Source: Camelus dromedarius
Taxonomy: Eukaryota
NCBI RefSeq assembly: GCF_036321535.1
Contig: NC_087436.1
Span: 20,586,001-20,650,000, forward strand
Direction of reading: 5' to 3'
DNA: 64,000 nt
Shown in pieces: positions 1 through 13,560 of the stretch (positions are counted from its first letter, which is position 1; every line of letters begins with the position of its first letter). The notes under the pieces are model-generated. The model did no database searches, had not been told where the DNA came from, and worked only from the letters and a program-made list of their open reading frames with translations. Made by a program: the position numbers and the translations under genes.

Positions 1-310
1 GACAAGGAAAACAATAACAAAACCAAACAAAGACAGTGCACATCAGTTCTGCCTTAGTTCAGGCTGCTATCACCGAGATATCACAGACTGGGTGGCTTCT
101 AAACAACAGACATTTTTCTCTCTGTTCTAGACAGTTCTGAAGTCAAGGCTGTTCTCCAGATAGTTCTGGAGGCTAGAAGTCCAAGATCGAGGTGCCAGAA
201 GGGGTGGGTTTTGGTAAGAGCTCTCTCTAGGGTTACGGACTGGCTGACTTCTTGTACCTTCACACGGTGGAGAGCAGAGAGGAGGAAAACTCTCTTGAGA
301 TGCTGCTGCT

Positions 311-683
311 TATTTTTTTAGTTGAAGTACAGTCAGTTATGTGTCAATTTATGGTGTACAGCACAATGTCCCAATTATGCATATTCATACATATATTTAT
401 TTTCATAGTCTTTTTTTATTAAAGGTTATTATAAGATACTGAACATAGTTCCCTGTGCTATACAGGAGAAACTTTTTAAAATCTATTTTTATATATAGTG
501 TCTGCAAATCTCAAACTCCCAAATTTATCCCTTCCCACCCCCTTTCCCTGGTAACCATAAGATTGTTTACTGTGTCTGCAAGTCTGTTTCTGTTTTATGG
601 ATGAGTTCATAGTGTCCTGTCTTGTCTTTCTTTTTCTTTCTTTCCTCTTTTTCTTTTCTTTTCTTTTCTTTCCTTTTCTTTTT

Positions 684-775
<92 letters not shown>

Positions 776-1192
776 TTTCTTTCCTTCCTTCCTTCCTTCC
801 TTCCTTCCTTCCTTCCTTCCTTCCTTCCTTCCTTCCTTCCTTTCTTTTTAGATTCTACATATGAGTGATTATCATATTGTATTTTTCTTTCTCTTTCTGT
901 ATTACTTCACTTAGAATAATGATCTCTAGATCCATCCATGTTGTTGCAAATGGCATTGTTTTATTCTTTTTATGGCTGAGTAGTATTCCATTGTATAAAT
1001 ATACCACAACTTATTTACCTAGTCATCTGTTGATGGACATTTCGGTTGTTTCCATGTCTTGGCTATTGTATATAGTGCTGCTAAGAACATTGGGGTGCAT
1101 GTATCTTTTTGAATTAGAGGTCCCTCTGAGTATATACCCAGAAGTGGGATTGCTGGAACATATGGTAAATCTATTTTTAGTTTTTTGAGGAA
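311..1192 (-). mobile_element. 5'-truncated young L1 (3'UTR plus ORF2 C-terminus)
   Basis: T-tail, then ttgaagtacagtcagtt. ORF 1019-1231(-) reads ..LKKLKIDLPYVPAIPLLGIY..CTPMFLAALYTIAKTWKQPKCPS, the L1 ORF2p C-terminus. TSD ctcttgagatgct at 292-304 and 1193-1205. Confidence 0.93.
625..849 (+). repeat. Compound microsatellite (TTTC)n(TTCC)n inside the L1 3'UTR
   Basis: Tandem repeat directly visible in the sequence. Confidence 0.97.
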
Positions 1193-4100
1193 CTCTTGAG
1201 ATGCTTCTAAGAGCACTAAAATCCCATTCATGGAGGCTTTACCCTCATGAATTCATCTAATCCTAATTACATTTTAAAGGCCCGACCTCCTAATACTATC
1301 ACATTGGGAGGCAGAGTTATAACATATGTTTGGGTGAGGGGGGTGCAGAGACAAACATTCAGTCTATAACAAACTCCATGTAAAATTTTTTTTAACTAAT
1401 TAAAGTGATTTGAACCAATTTTTTCTCTGCACCCCATCAATAATTTGGCCTTGAGAGAAATGGAACTATGAGTTCTCTCATTCTGACACCAATGGTAATA
1501 GCACCTACATCAATCTGACATGTCTCTACCATGCAGAGCTTGGCCAGCCTAGTATGAGAGCATCAGACCCTTTTCCCTCTCCACAAGAAGAGCACCGTGT
1601 CTATCTTGCTCACACCCCAGCCTCCAGGGTGATGCTGAGCATGTGGTGGGCCCTCAATAAGTACATACTGAGGGGATGATGGAACCAAGATGGATTTGCA
1701 CTGGGTGTGTCTTTTCCGGCTGGCTCCTAGTTACCAAATGGTTGACGGCTCAGTCGATTTCTAGTCTACTGCCCACTTTATATTTTGTGGTAGAATTTTA
1801 GTCATAACCACCATTGGTCATGAAAAATGCAATCTTGGCACTCCTCTGAGATCCTAAGAAAACTTTCAATTGCATATTAGAGATTCCATGCTGGATAACA
1901 GTGGCTTTCTTAGGCTGAATTATTCATATGGTTAGTTGGAAAGGTCTGCACACTAAACCTGGGTGATTTTCATCTTCTGATTTAGGGGTGGGATTTGTAG
2001 GAGACTAATTTTATTCCTTAACTTAAACTGAGAAAACTTTTGGGTTTTTGTAATATCCATTTCTGACAGACCTGTGTCAATGGATGGAGTTTCTCTCTTT
2101 TTTTCATGTCACATAAGCAACTGTTCCATTCAGACACCACTTGTGAATGTAATACATTTTCAAGTTATTTGTTCCAGTTCAAAATGGTTTCACATATATT
2201 GGAAGGTCAAGAAACAATGTCCTCTCTTTTATATTTTAGCATGTGCAAAACTCATCATGGTATTATCATGTGATTCATTATTTTGTTTTTATTTAAAAGG
2301 AAAACAACAACTAAAGCAGCATTCATTTGGCAGGCAGGTCCCTGGCTTTCTGGTTCTGATTCCATGCTTCACTGTGCCAAATCCAATCAGCAGAGGAGGA
2401 AAGGTTTGCAGGTGGCATGCAATTCCAGTGTTTCACTCGCATTGGGGAACCCTAGAAAGGAGAATTTCTGACATGAAACCAATGTTGATTTGTCCAAAGA
2501 AAGCATCCTTGCGTCTCAGACTGAAAATAAGGTATTTGGTTATAGGAGAGGAAGCATGCGCCCAGCAGTTGGTAACCCAGCAGATTTCTTCCCTGAAAAA
2601 ATTGTGATTATTTTCACACGTAAGGAAAGAGGCAAATGACTATCATTTTCAAACCTCTGTCTGACTAAACACACCAATCAGAAATGCATCTACCTACATC
2701 ATTTTAAAAGAAATCCAGTGGGGCTTTGACAGCATGTGAGCTGTTTCCATTGACCTTCTTTCCTTGAGTGTTTCTCACACTTATTTGCTCTTTATTTTCA
2801 TGTTTATAAAATGTGTTCCCAAGCCCTTTAGGATAAAATCAACAATAGTGCCCAGGGCTTCAGCTAAAGATTCCCAGTGGGAGGGTCTGAGCCTTTTGTT
2901 CCAGAGGATCTAATAGAGTGCGAAGCTGACACAGAAATGGAAGGACCATTCAGCTAAAATTAAAGTCTTTGTCCCTTCATTAGCTGAACTTGAACTTCAC
3001 ATTTCTGAAGTTTGGCTAAGCTACTTTTTCCTAAAATTCTGATTTAATCAAGGTGAACAGGGAAGCTCGTTAAAATCTCTCGCTCTTACTTTTAAAAAGA
3101 TAATACCAAAAATCCCATTTGTTTGGTTACAGCTAATATTCCTGATTCTTTTTTTTTAATGAAATTTTGGAAAAATTGATTTGAATCTCAAGGATACATT
3201 ATTCTTAATTGTTAAAAGTTTTTTTTTTTCTTAATTCTGACAGAGACTTCATTTTATTTTATTAGTTTATTGACTTTCTCAGCCCCATTGGGAAAAGGTG
3301 AGGGGTCAACAGCCAGGTCTTTATGTGATTAATGAGCTAATGTGATTGAATAAAATTTTTTTTTTATTATTTTCGGTTTGGGGGAAACTATTGAAAGTTA
3401 GAGGAAACTTTCAACTGTCAACATTATTATTGGTCTTCCAACTTTCAGATCAGACTTGCTGTATCTTATCTCTAATATGCACTCATTTCTTCCTTTCTTC
3501 AGTTAGCAGAAAAAAAGATGAGAAATTTAAAAGACAGTGATTGAGGACATGCAGATAAGTGACTCGGGCATTTCTATCATCCTGTTATACAATTCTTTCA
3601 TATTTCCAAATTGCAATAAGAACTTATTGCCAAAGCCTGTGAAACTTTGTCAGATTCTGATATAACAGATTTTACAAGAGCAGTTTTCCTTCTCTTTGAG
3701 AATGGAAATTTCTCCTCTTTCTTCCTCCCTAACTGCTCCATTCATCAAAACATAGGGTCTGAGTCCTTCTCTATTATCTTTCCAAGTGAAGGCTGGTTTA
3801 GGGAAAATTAAAGAAAAGCCCAATCAACTGAGAAAGACATTTACTTTCATATTTTTTTGAGGTTTTGTTTTAGTCTTTGCATGACACAGAACCCCCTCTA
3901 TTACTTAACTCTGGGTGTGCAAATTCTTGCTGCTCACAGCAGGAGGTAATAAAGATACCATAAGACCTTCCAATTTTAAGTGAATTAGACATGTAATAGG
4001 CTGTTACTGTTTTATTACTCTGATCAGAGCAGATGTTTAAGGTGATGACAGTGAATGAGGGAATGAACTTTGAACATGCCATTGGATAAATGAACATACA

Positions 4101-4589
4101 AATTCAGGCTTTAAAAAGTGCAATTATATACAAACATATAAACACTGACTTATCTGAAGCCAAAAAAAAAAAAAAAATTCAAAGTAACAAAAAACCCAAA
4201 CAAACAAACAAAAAAACTTTAGAAAATGCTTCGGGGACACCCATTATGTGCAGAGCCCAGGGAAGAATACTGTGAGAATAAAAAGTTGAATGAAGCTCTA
4301 ATTAGTAAGGAAAAGATACTGGCTTACAAGCAGCTGTAGCAGGAGGCAAATTCCTTTTCTTAGACCTCTTCTCCGATTCTACCCAGAGGGTCATAAATTC
4401 AGATGCCTACAAGAAGCAGGCAGGTGAATAAAATTAGTGAAACCACTGAGAGCAGTGACTAACTGCAGGACACATGGTCATTGTAAAGTTAGCCATTGCT
4501 TCTCGGTTCCCTCTAATTATTGCCACTGTGGTGAGATCTAATTTTTCAAGAGAAGCTGGAAATTGATACTGTTGGATTAAATCTCCCAA

Positions 4590-4795
4590 TTTTTTTCTAT
4601 TTTTTAAAATTGAAGTATAGTTGATTTATAATGTTGTGTTAGTTTCTGGTGTATGGCATAGAGATTCAGTTATACACATATGTAATTCTTTTTCATATTC
4701 CTTTTCATTACAGGTTATTACAAGCTATTGAATATAGTTCCCTGTGCTGTACAGTAGCACCTTGTCATTTATCTGTTTTATATACAGTAGTTTGC
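4590..4795 (-). mobile_element. L1 3' tip, probably inserted in an old hAT/Charlie element (~4385-4880)
   Basis: ttgaagtatagttgatttataatgttgtgttagtttctggtgta...gaatatagttccctgtgctgtacagtag. Confidence 0.85.
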
Positions 4796-6199
4796 AGATA
4801 ACACTGTTTTAAAAATCATTGTGCAGAGCAAATAAAACTCATTTATTCACTCAGCCAAAACCAGGCTGACACTTGTGACCTCTGCTTTTCTCCCTGTCTT
4901 CGGGTTGACCTCATCCATTCCTATAACTTACAAATTAGATGTGTCTTGAGAGCCAATGGTGCTAGCTTATCCTGCCTGGGTAGCTTTTGAGGGTATCTCT
5001 TAGTCTCTCTGCTGTTTTCTTTCCTGCTTTGGGGAGGTATTGATTCAAGTAGCATTGATCTGTGTGGAACTAGTCTGCAAGAAGCATGTGCAGGATGCTG
5101 ACGGCCTGGTATGGAGACTCAACTTACATTTGCAGTCCCAGCGGCAGAGGACTGACCTCAGCCCCAGCTTCGGCTCCCAGGACTTGGCTGGCAAGGACAC
5201 CACTCTTGCTCCAGGTACTGAGAAAAGGCTGGAGATTCTTCCAAAACTCTTTGACCAAGGTGTGCATTCTTAAGATGACCTCAACATTTTCATGATTCGA
5301 ACATAAGTATAACCCTCACTGTTCTCTTATGTGCTGCACTTCCTCCATAGACTCCTCAAATTCCTCGGAAGTTATAGTCACTAAATTCCAAACCTTCACC
5401 ATTTTTGTAAGTTCTGGGCACAATAAAATTTCTCTAAATGTGAGTAGCTTCCCTATGAATGGTGGAGCAAATACGTTTGTGCTACCTCAGTAACCTCATC
5501 TCAGAAAACTTGTAAAACATTCCAGTCAGACTAGCGGCTCCATCAGTTGATACATTCACACAATTTTCTCTTAAAATGTTTTTGCTAAATTTACTATTGA
5601 CACTAATGAAAACTCTGTGAGTGTTAAGAGAGGGTACTTAATAAATACTGGTTGAATGACTGCTGAGAATATACATTCCCTAGCACTGATGCACAATTCA
5701 TACACACAGATTTAATCATTGTATTAACTATTTATTGTATTGTATTGTGTTTAACTGTTGAAAAAGGATCTAGCAAGTACCGTAAGCTGAGATATGTAGA
5801 AACACCTGCACTTTGATTTGTCTGTAAATCAAGGTCCAACATTCCATAACACACTTTATTCTTATTTCTTAAAACTTCAGCATTTTTCTATGTGACAAAG
5901 GAATATACCTTTATATGTTGTCAGATTATTTACCAGAAAATACGTAAATTATGTTGCCACTTAGTATAGGGGAAAGAAAAAATGAGAAGAACCCAGTTGT
6001 ATGTGGCTTTTTGTATTTTGTTATTAAATCAGAAATCTCAAAAGCGGCTTCTAAACATCTCCCAACAAGGTTAATCAATTTTTCAAAATAATAGATTGGG
6101 TATAGCATGACTTTAAACTGCACATGAAATTATACAAGCTTATCTACACTTTATTTTATAGTTGCTTAAATATTTTGCTAATTGTGATATGTTTACATT

Positions 6200-6316
6200 C
6201 TTTTTTGGGGGCGAGGTAATAAGGTTTATTTACTTTTAGAGGAGGTGCTGGGGATTGAACCCAGAACCTTGTGTATGCTAGACATGCATCGCTACCATTT
6301 GAGCTATATCCTCCTA
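6200..6316 (-). mobile_element. tRNA-Ala-derived SINE (camelid Vic-1-like, long form)
   Basis: Reverse complement reads ggatatagctcaaatggtagcgatgcatgtctagcat..ttcaatccccagcacctcc, followed by a 3' extension. Short flanking direct repeat acattctt. Confidence 0.88.
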
Positions 6317-6799
6317 CCACATTCTTATTAGCAATGTTATATACACGTATGTATAATGTGTATATATAAAAATATGTATAGTGAGATTTGTTATTATAAA
6401 AGGGGATGTAAATATGCATTTCAAATAAACTTAATTTCTTTGAAAAAAATTTTATTTGCTTCTCTTCAGAAGTAATTTAATAGTTTTTTTTTTTTGTTTT
6501 TTTTTTTTAAACTCAGGCTATGGCTGACAAAGAGATAAAAACATAAGAGGTTTCAGCTCTGACCTTTGTTACTGGCTTGTGCTTGGGTTATTAGTCTTAA
6601 CTTCCATTTGTGACTTTTTGATAGAAATATGTTTAAGCCACCTGCTCATTTTATGAGATAAAATTTCACTAAAACGGTTAATCATTGTAAGGAAAACATG
6701 TAGACTGTGACGTATTAAAATACACTGAGTAGATGAGGGCATCTGTGGTAGAGGCTGCGAGCTCTTCGCCAGGATTCCCTCTTCCTCTTCTTGGGCCCA

Positions 6800-7140
6800 T
6801 AAACGGGCGCATTTCCCCACCTCCCCTGTGGTAGGCGTGGCTATAAGACTAAGTTCTAGCCAATGGCAGATGAGCTGAAACAGTGCGGGCCTCTTCTAGG
6901 CTCCGCCCATAAAGAAACTCCTAGGTCTGATTCTCCAAGTCCTGTCCTTCTTCCGGCTGAAAGAGATGCAGGTAGCTATGCTGACCTTGGGCAGGAGCTG
7001 GCGAAGCTTCATTATCCTGACTGCCTGAATGACTGGAGCTGTTCTGCTGATCTGATTACCAAAAGGGCTACCTGAGCTAGAAATAAACTTCTGTTGTGCT
7101 GAGCCATTATATGTTGGGTCTATTACTACTGCAGTCTCGC
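6800..7140 (+). mobile_element. Old ERVL/MaLR-class LTR fragment
   Basis: catttcccc..actaagttctagccaatgg..agaaataaacttctgttgtgctgagccatt, typical of LTR16/MLT1-type LTRs. Confidence 0.55.
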
Positions 7141-7707
7141 TGAACTGAGGCAGCCTTGTCATGCCCTCAGCACTGCTGAGCTCCAAGCCTTCCTCCAGGA
7201 AGACTCACAGCGCGTGGGGGTATGGGACCGTCTGTCTCTGCACCAACTGATGATACTCGGTGCCATTGTTGTTTAAACTGTGAGTGAGGCTTACTTTCTT
7301 ACTGTCTAGATAAAAAGTCAATAGAAGTCCTAATATTTTTCCCTGCATTCTGGGGTGTGTTGCCTTCACTTAGCAAACTATTACATTAAGAAACTTGACT
7401 CTCCGGGTTTCACATTTCTTCACAGGGTCGACGTTGTAATTACTATAAAATGACAATGTAAGTAAGAATTTGGCATTGTTTGGAATGTATTATTCTGTAA
7501 GAAGAGGGAAGAGATCTGATTCTCGTTCTATTGTCCTGGCAATAAAAAAAGAGCGACATGAAATGTAACTTTCATTTATTTTTTACCGTTTATGTGCCTT
7601 AAATGGGATTCCTTACTGACCCTTCTTATTCCATAGGGCCATCGGTTGTTAATTTGCCATGTGCAAAGAGTTTCAATGTTGCTACCATTTCCTTCCTTCC
7701 TCCCTCC

Positions 7708-7740
<33 letters not shown>

Positions 7741-9032
7741 TTCTCGCGAGTGGTGGGAAATAGAGCTACACTTGAGTTCCAATCCCATTTGGTGTGAGAC
7801 TGGGCAAACTGATCCAACCCAGATCTGACTCTCTCTCACTGGGGTTAGTTTTTCCTTGTGAAAGAATGTTCTTCAGTGAGCCCTATCTCCTGCCCTCCCA
7901 CCCGTGGAATAAATCACAAACGCAGAACAGAGCTGCAATCCAGTTGATTCCCTGCCACTAAATAGCTTCATCCTATTTTCCTGGCCCCTTCCCCACCTGC
8001 CCATCTTCATTTTCTATGAATCAATATGAAGCAAATCTTCATAAATCTTCACCCAAAGTAGACGGCACTTTTAAAATGAGTAGGGCAGGCTGAGTCTCTA
8101 TGCCCTGGTTGACAGAATTAAAACTGATGAGAAAGTAAAACATTACTTCAAATGTTTTCTTTAGGATGGCGCAGTTGGGCCAACCCCTTTGTATTGCCAG
8201 ATGTTACATGCAGCATCGTAAAATCAAATTCTCACATCTTCTTGTCCTCCCATTAGATCACATTAAACTCTGGCAGCGAGGCCAGCCCGCCTTGGTGGTT
8301 TTCTGATTTGTGGTTTGCACTTGGCTCTCTCCTCGCAGGCTTTAAAAATGATTTTATTTTGTGAACAGTCAGTGATAGTCAGGCTCTAGAGTAAACTTGC
8401 CTGGGCCAACATTTGCAGTAATAACATTTCACATTATCAAGAGTTTCCTGAAGGACTGCAAAGAATGAAAATAAAGAAGAGCTTTTCTGGTAGTGGTTGT
8501 TTTTCTTCAGATGCTGGTAACCTCCTGCACGGAGAGGCTGTGGATTTAGACTTTGAAGAGACATTCACAAGCATCTCCAGTGCTGAGCCTTTAAGGTGAA
8601 ACTGGAGAACTAGAACAGATTTGCGTTTTCTTGTTCCCTGCCTTATTGAATATGTAACTGATTCTCCCTTCTTCTTTCCTTGGGTGGTTTTTCTGATTAT
8701 CTCGTTCAGTCTTCTTCTGGCTGGGAGGTGGATGGTGCTGAGCTGGGGAGAGGTTTCACCTGGGGGCAAGGGAGGGAATCTGCAGTTTAGGTAAGTCCAT
8801 TTCAGGATTCTGATTACGGACTTTCTCAATGCTCTTCTTAGTGTTTTTCACCAAAAATATTTATGCTGCTTGTGTGACGAAATGAGAAACTATCTTTAGA
8901 ATAAAGCATAGAACTGGTTTCCTGGTCAGTCTGATGATGATAATAATAATGAAAATGATGATTATGATTATGATTAATTCGTTAATTTAAAATAACAAAT
9001 AAATGAGCTTAAGAAATTTAAAATGAATGTCA

Positions 9033-9448
9033 ACATTTGCAGCAACATGTATGCTCCTGGAGAATGTCATTCTAAGTGAAGTAAGCCAGAAAGAGAAAGA
9101 AAAATACCGTATGAGATCGCTCATATGTGGAATCTAAAACAAAAACAAAAACAAAAACAAAAGCATAAATACAATAGAGAAATAGACTCATAGACATAGA
9201 ATACAGACTTGTGGTTACCAAGGGGGCGGAGGGTGGGAAGGGATAGACGGGATTTCAAAATTGTAGAATATATAAGCAAGATTATACTGTATAGCACAGG
9301 GAAATATACACAAGATCTTATGGTAGCTCACAGAGAAAAAAATGTGACAATGAATATATATATGTTCAAGTATAACTGAAAAATAGTGTTCTATACTGGA
9401 ATTTGACACACCATTGTAAAATGATTATAAATCAATAAAAAATTTTAA
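9033..9448 (+). mobile_element. Young L1 3' end
   Basis: catttgcagcaacat..ctaagtgaagtaagccagaaagagaaag..aataaaaa. TSD aaaatgaatg(t/a)ca at 9020-9032 and 9449-9461. Confidence 0.93.
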
Positions 9449-9544
9449 AAAATGAATGACAGATAGATACACACTAACTTAAAGGGCTTGGCGTTTCAAT
9501 TTCTTTAATATTTAGTTTTCAAAATTATTTATTTACTTATAATT

Positions 9545-10138
9545 TTGTTTTTTTTATTGAAGTGTAGTTGATTTACAATGTTAATTGTGGTAAAATACAC
9601 ATAACATTACAATTTTCCATTTTACCTTTGTTGTTGTTGTTCATTGTTAATGGAGGTACTGGGGATTAAATCCAGAACCTTGTGCATGCTAAGCATGTGC
9701 TCTGCCACTGAGCTGTACCCACACCCATTCCGTGTTACCATTTTACAGTGTACAGTTCAGTAGGATTAAGTACATTTACATGGTAGTGCAACCATCACCA
9801 TCATCCATCTCCAGAGCTTTTTTCCATCTTGCAAAACTGAGACTCTGTACTGACTAAACAATTCCTCCTCATTCCTCCTTCTCCTCGGCCCTCGGCAACC
9901 ACCATTCTGCTTTCTGTCTTTATGAATTTGACTGCTCTAAGGACATCATATGAGTGGAATCATACAGTATTTGTCCTTTTGTATCTGGCTCATTTCACTT
10001 AGCATCATATCTTCAAGGCTCATCCATGTTGTAACATGTGTCAGAATTTCGTTCCTTTTAAAGACCGAGTAATACATCATTATATAGAAATACGATGTTT
10101 TATTTATCTATTCATCCCCTGATAGACACTTAGGTTTG
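9545..10138 (-). mobile_element. Older L1 (L1MA/MB-like) 3' end, with a young L1 tip and a nested SINE
   Basis: gtacagttcagtaggattaagtacatttaca..ggcaaccaccattctgctttctgtct..gtggaatcatacagtatttgtcc. Confidence 0.85.
9650..9725 (-). mobile_element. tRNA-Ala-derived SINE (short form)
   Basis: tggaggtactggggattaaatccagaaccttgtgcatgctaagcatgtgctctgccactgagctgtaccc. Confidence 0.88.
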
Positions 10139-10799
10139 CAGACTCAACTTTTTCAATGGGGATTGAGCGTCACGGACTGATGTTTTGAAGGGAACTGGAT
10201 AGTCATCCAAATTGTCTTGGTTTGAAATTCTTATAAGCCAAGCTAAATAGATAAAACTATTATCAGTCAATCCACCAACATGTTATTTACCAAATGTCAT
10301 AAGTGATCGCTTTCCCTCTTTAAAAAATAGTTATAGTCCTTTTTTTATTACAAAGATATGTCATTGTAAAAATATTAGACATAAAGAAAAGCATGAAGAC
10401 AAATATAAAGGACACTTGTAAAATTGGAGCCTGTTAGCGCTCTGAATATTTTGGGTTACATTATATCTAAAATAATATAAATCTAAACATAAACAATGTA
10501 GACATAAATATGGATAGGGATTTTTGTATTTTTACAGAACTGGGAACATGTTCACATGCTTGAACTGCTTTTCTCAATTAGCAATATACTGGGACAAAAA
10601 ATAAATATATTTATTTTGGTAGCTTTTAAATATTTTGAAGTGGTGGACTCTTCCTTCATAGGAACTCTCAGAATATGAATTTATAAAAACTGACAATTTT
10701 CTAGTTGAAGTAGGCAAAAGAATCCCAGAATTCACCAGCTCAGGACCAACAGTAGCTCTGTAGTAGTTTTTGAGGCACTCCTTAGAAACCCTAAGACTC

Positions 10800-11244
10800 T
10801 GTTGTGGGTTGAACTGTATCCCCCCAAAATGTGTAAGTCCTAACCCCCAGTACCTGTGCATGTGGCCTCATCTGAAAATAGACTTTGCAGATGCTCAAGT
10901 TAAGATGAGGTCGTCAGGGTGGGCGCTAATCCAACATGACAAGTGTCCTTGTGAAAAAGGTAAATATGGACACAAATACAGACACACAGAACACCATGTG
11001 GAGATGAAAGCAGAGATCAGGGTGATGAATCTGTAAGCCAGGGAACCCCACGCATGGCCAACAAAACAAGACACAAGGAGAGAAGCATGGGAGAGAGTCT
11101 CCCTCCCAACCTCAGAGGGAACTCACCCTGCAGACACCTTGGTCTAAGATTTCTACTACAGAGCTGTGAGGCAGTAAATTTCTGATGCTCTAAAGGCACC
11201 CAGTTTTTGGTACTTTGCTATGACAGCCCTGAGACACTAACATA
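10800..11244 (+). mobile_element. MaLR solo LTR (MLT1B/C-like)
   Basis: Starts tgttgtgggttgaactg and ends cagccctgagacactaacata. 5-bp TSD gactc at 10795-10799 and 11245-11249. Confidence 0.88.
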
Positions 11245-11289
11245 GACTCCCAAAAGCATGATTTGAAAACCACTACTTTATACTATTAT

Positions 11290-13560
11290 TTTAAAAGCCT
11301 GCAGGTAGATCCCATTGTATGGAAGAACAGAATCTGCTCAGTCATTCCCATATTAATGTACATAAATAGTCAGAGTGTTCCAATATTCTAAAGAACGATG
11401 ATGTGAACATCCTTTTAGGGAAAACTTTGCATAACTGCCCTGTTGTTTTCCTCAAAATAATTTCTCAAAGGAGGAATTGTTGGGCTAAGTGACAGGAGCA
11501 TTTGAAAATTTCGTGCTTAGTGCCAACATGCTCTCCAGAAAGTTCATAATAATTTATCCTCTCACTATAGTGGCAGAGTGTATGCTGACAGACTGTACAC
11601 AATATACATTTCTCCACATCATTACTGGGTATTGTCATTCTTTTTTTTTTAATCTGAATTTATTTTTTATGTTCTTTATGTTTCACCTAAGGTGTCATGT
11701 AGGTTCCTGGTAGTATATTCTATCAAGTTGCTGAAAACTTTTCTTGTCTGGAGTAATTGCTAATTTTAGCAAATGCCTTTTCATATGTACTGAGATCATG
11801 ATACAATTTTTCTCTTTTAAGCTCTTAGCATAGTGAATGACATTAAAATGCAGACTAATGTTAAACTATCCTAGCATTTCTGTGAAAAAGACTACGAGTT
11901 CATGATGTAATTCTCTGTATGTAGTCTTGAGTTAAATTTCCTAATATTCTGTTTGGGATTTTTGCCTCTATTTGTCTTTGGGTTTCTTGTTTTGACTGTG
12001 GGTGATTTCTTCCCCTCTATTTTTATCTGCTTATGATTCGGTGTTATGCTATATTTGTAGGATGAACTGAAAACTTTCCATCTTTTATTATGTTCTTTAA
12101 CAATGTAAATAATACAGGAATTATGTGTTCTTTGCTGGTTTAATACAATGTGCCCAGAAGATTTTCTGGGCATTGTGCCCTTTTTAGGGTTTTTATTTCC
12201 CCTAAATTTCTTTTATTGGTCTTTTTAGGATTTCAGTTCCTTTTTGACTCAATTTTGGCTATTCAGTCTTGCCTATAGAATAATCTATTTCAACTAATTC
12301 TCAGATTTGTTTGGTATTACTTTGTATTTGATTTGCTTAGAATTAATGTTTTTTCCACATCTTTTCTTTCTCAATCCTAATGTTGATTATATTATCTTCC
12401 TTCCTTTATCATGATCACATTTGAAAAGTCTGTTTATTCAACTGCTCTTTTTAAAGAACACTTATCAAAAAATACTAGGTTTTCATTTGATTAATCATCT
12501 ACTTATTTTTGTTTTCTACTTTCATGTTTATTAATTTATTTTTTTAACTTATTCAGGTATTCTTCCTCCCCCTCTCTCGGTCTTTCTCTCTCTCTTTAGC
12601 TTCTTGAGTTGATTCTTAGCTCATTTAGTCTCAGGATCCTCCCCCCAAAATGTAGATTTTTTTTCCCTTGTTTGCATTATTAGTAGATTCTGCAAGTGTG
12701 TCAATATAATTTATGCCAATATCAATATAAATGTTCTTCTTAATTCTTTTCGTCTTATTCCTGGTTTTGATATTGATATTAATACTGCATAATTATTTTT
12801 CCAGTATGTCTTTCTAGTTCTTTGCAGTGTATCTTTCTGTGTCATTTTATTGTATAAATATCTCTTATAATCATGGTTCCTGCCTTCTGTCTGTGCAACC
12901 TGAGCTTTGCTATCTTTTTTATGTTATGATTAATAATATATTTGGATTTATTGTTTCTATTATATTTACTATGCATTTTTCCTTTTTCTTTCTAATTTCC
13001 TGCTGTTGTCTTCCAGGATCTAGTGTTGGTGATAAGAAAATGAATACCAATCTGATTCTTATTTCTTTGTGAACAACTCCTTATTCTTCTCGGAACATTT
13101 CTAGGATTTGTTCTTCATGCTTGGAGATCTGAAATTTCACCAGAATGTATTTAAGGTATATTTCTTCATTACTTCTAAAACTTTGAAATCTGTGAATTCA
13201 TTACTTTGGGTAGTTTTCTTCTTTTATTTTTAATAACTTAACTATTTCCATTCTCTATTTCTTCTGGAATTCTATTTGACATGTGTTGGAACTCCTACAT
13301 CTATTTTCCATGTCTCCATTTTTTCTACTCACATACAGTACAGTGCTATAGTACTGTGTTTTGGGTTAATCTTTCGTTTCAATCTTTCAGCTAAAATATT
13401 TGATTTGATGTTCCTCTATGTCCGTTCTCCTATTCAGCCTATATATTGAATTATTAAAATCAATAGTTATATCTTAAATTTCTAATTATTTCTAAAATGT
13501 CATATTATTTTTCATACATACATGTTTTATTTTATGGAGGAAATATTTTCAGATCTCTTT
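11290..13560 (-). mobile_element. Ancient degraded L1 (L1ME-like) fragments
   Basis: T-rich tract with antisense L1-type phrases such as gaacatcc, ttgctgggc-like, gagatcatgatac and gatctgaaatttcaccagaatgt. Confidence 0.6.

Larger units (their letters stand above)
50..1372 (-). mobile_element. MaLR LTR (MLT1A/MST-like), split by an L1 insertion at ~311-1192
   Basis: MaLR antisense motifs ttagttcaggctgctat, cagactgggtggctt, ctggaggctagaagtccaagatc. The element resumes after the L1 with atcccattcatggagg...cctaatactatcacattggg...acattcagtctataaca. Confidence 0.75.

Noticed and set aside
597..864. F/S/L-rich membrane-like ORFs (also 55210-55500 and the K/E/R ORF 55223-55450)
   Set aside because: These are translations of TTTC/TTCC microsatellites.
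1019..1231. ORF2p-like peptide as a functional gene (also 25422-25739, 40181-40375, 40932-41168)
   Set aside because: Truncated or degenerate L1 fragments.
2074..2607. Longest ORF (177 aa)
   Set aside because: GTG start, no recognisable domain, composition typical of AT-rich non-coding DNA and no convincing splice context.
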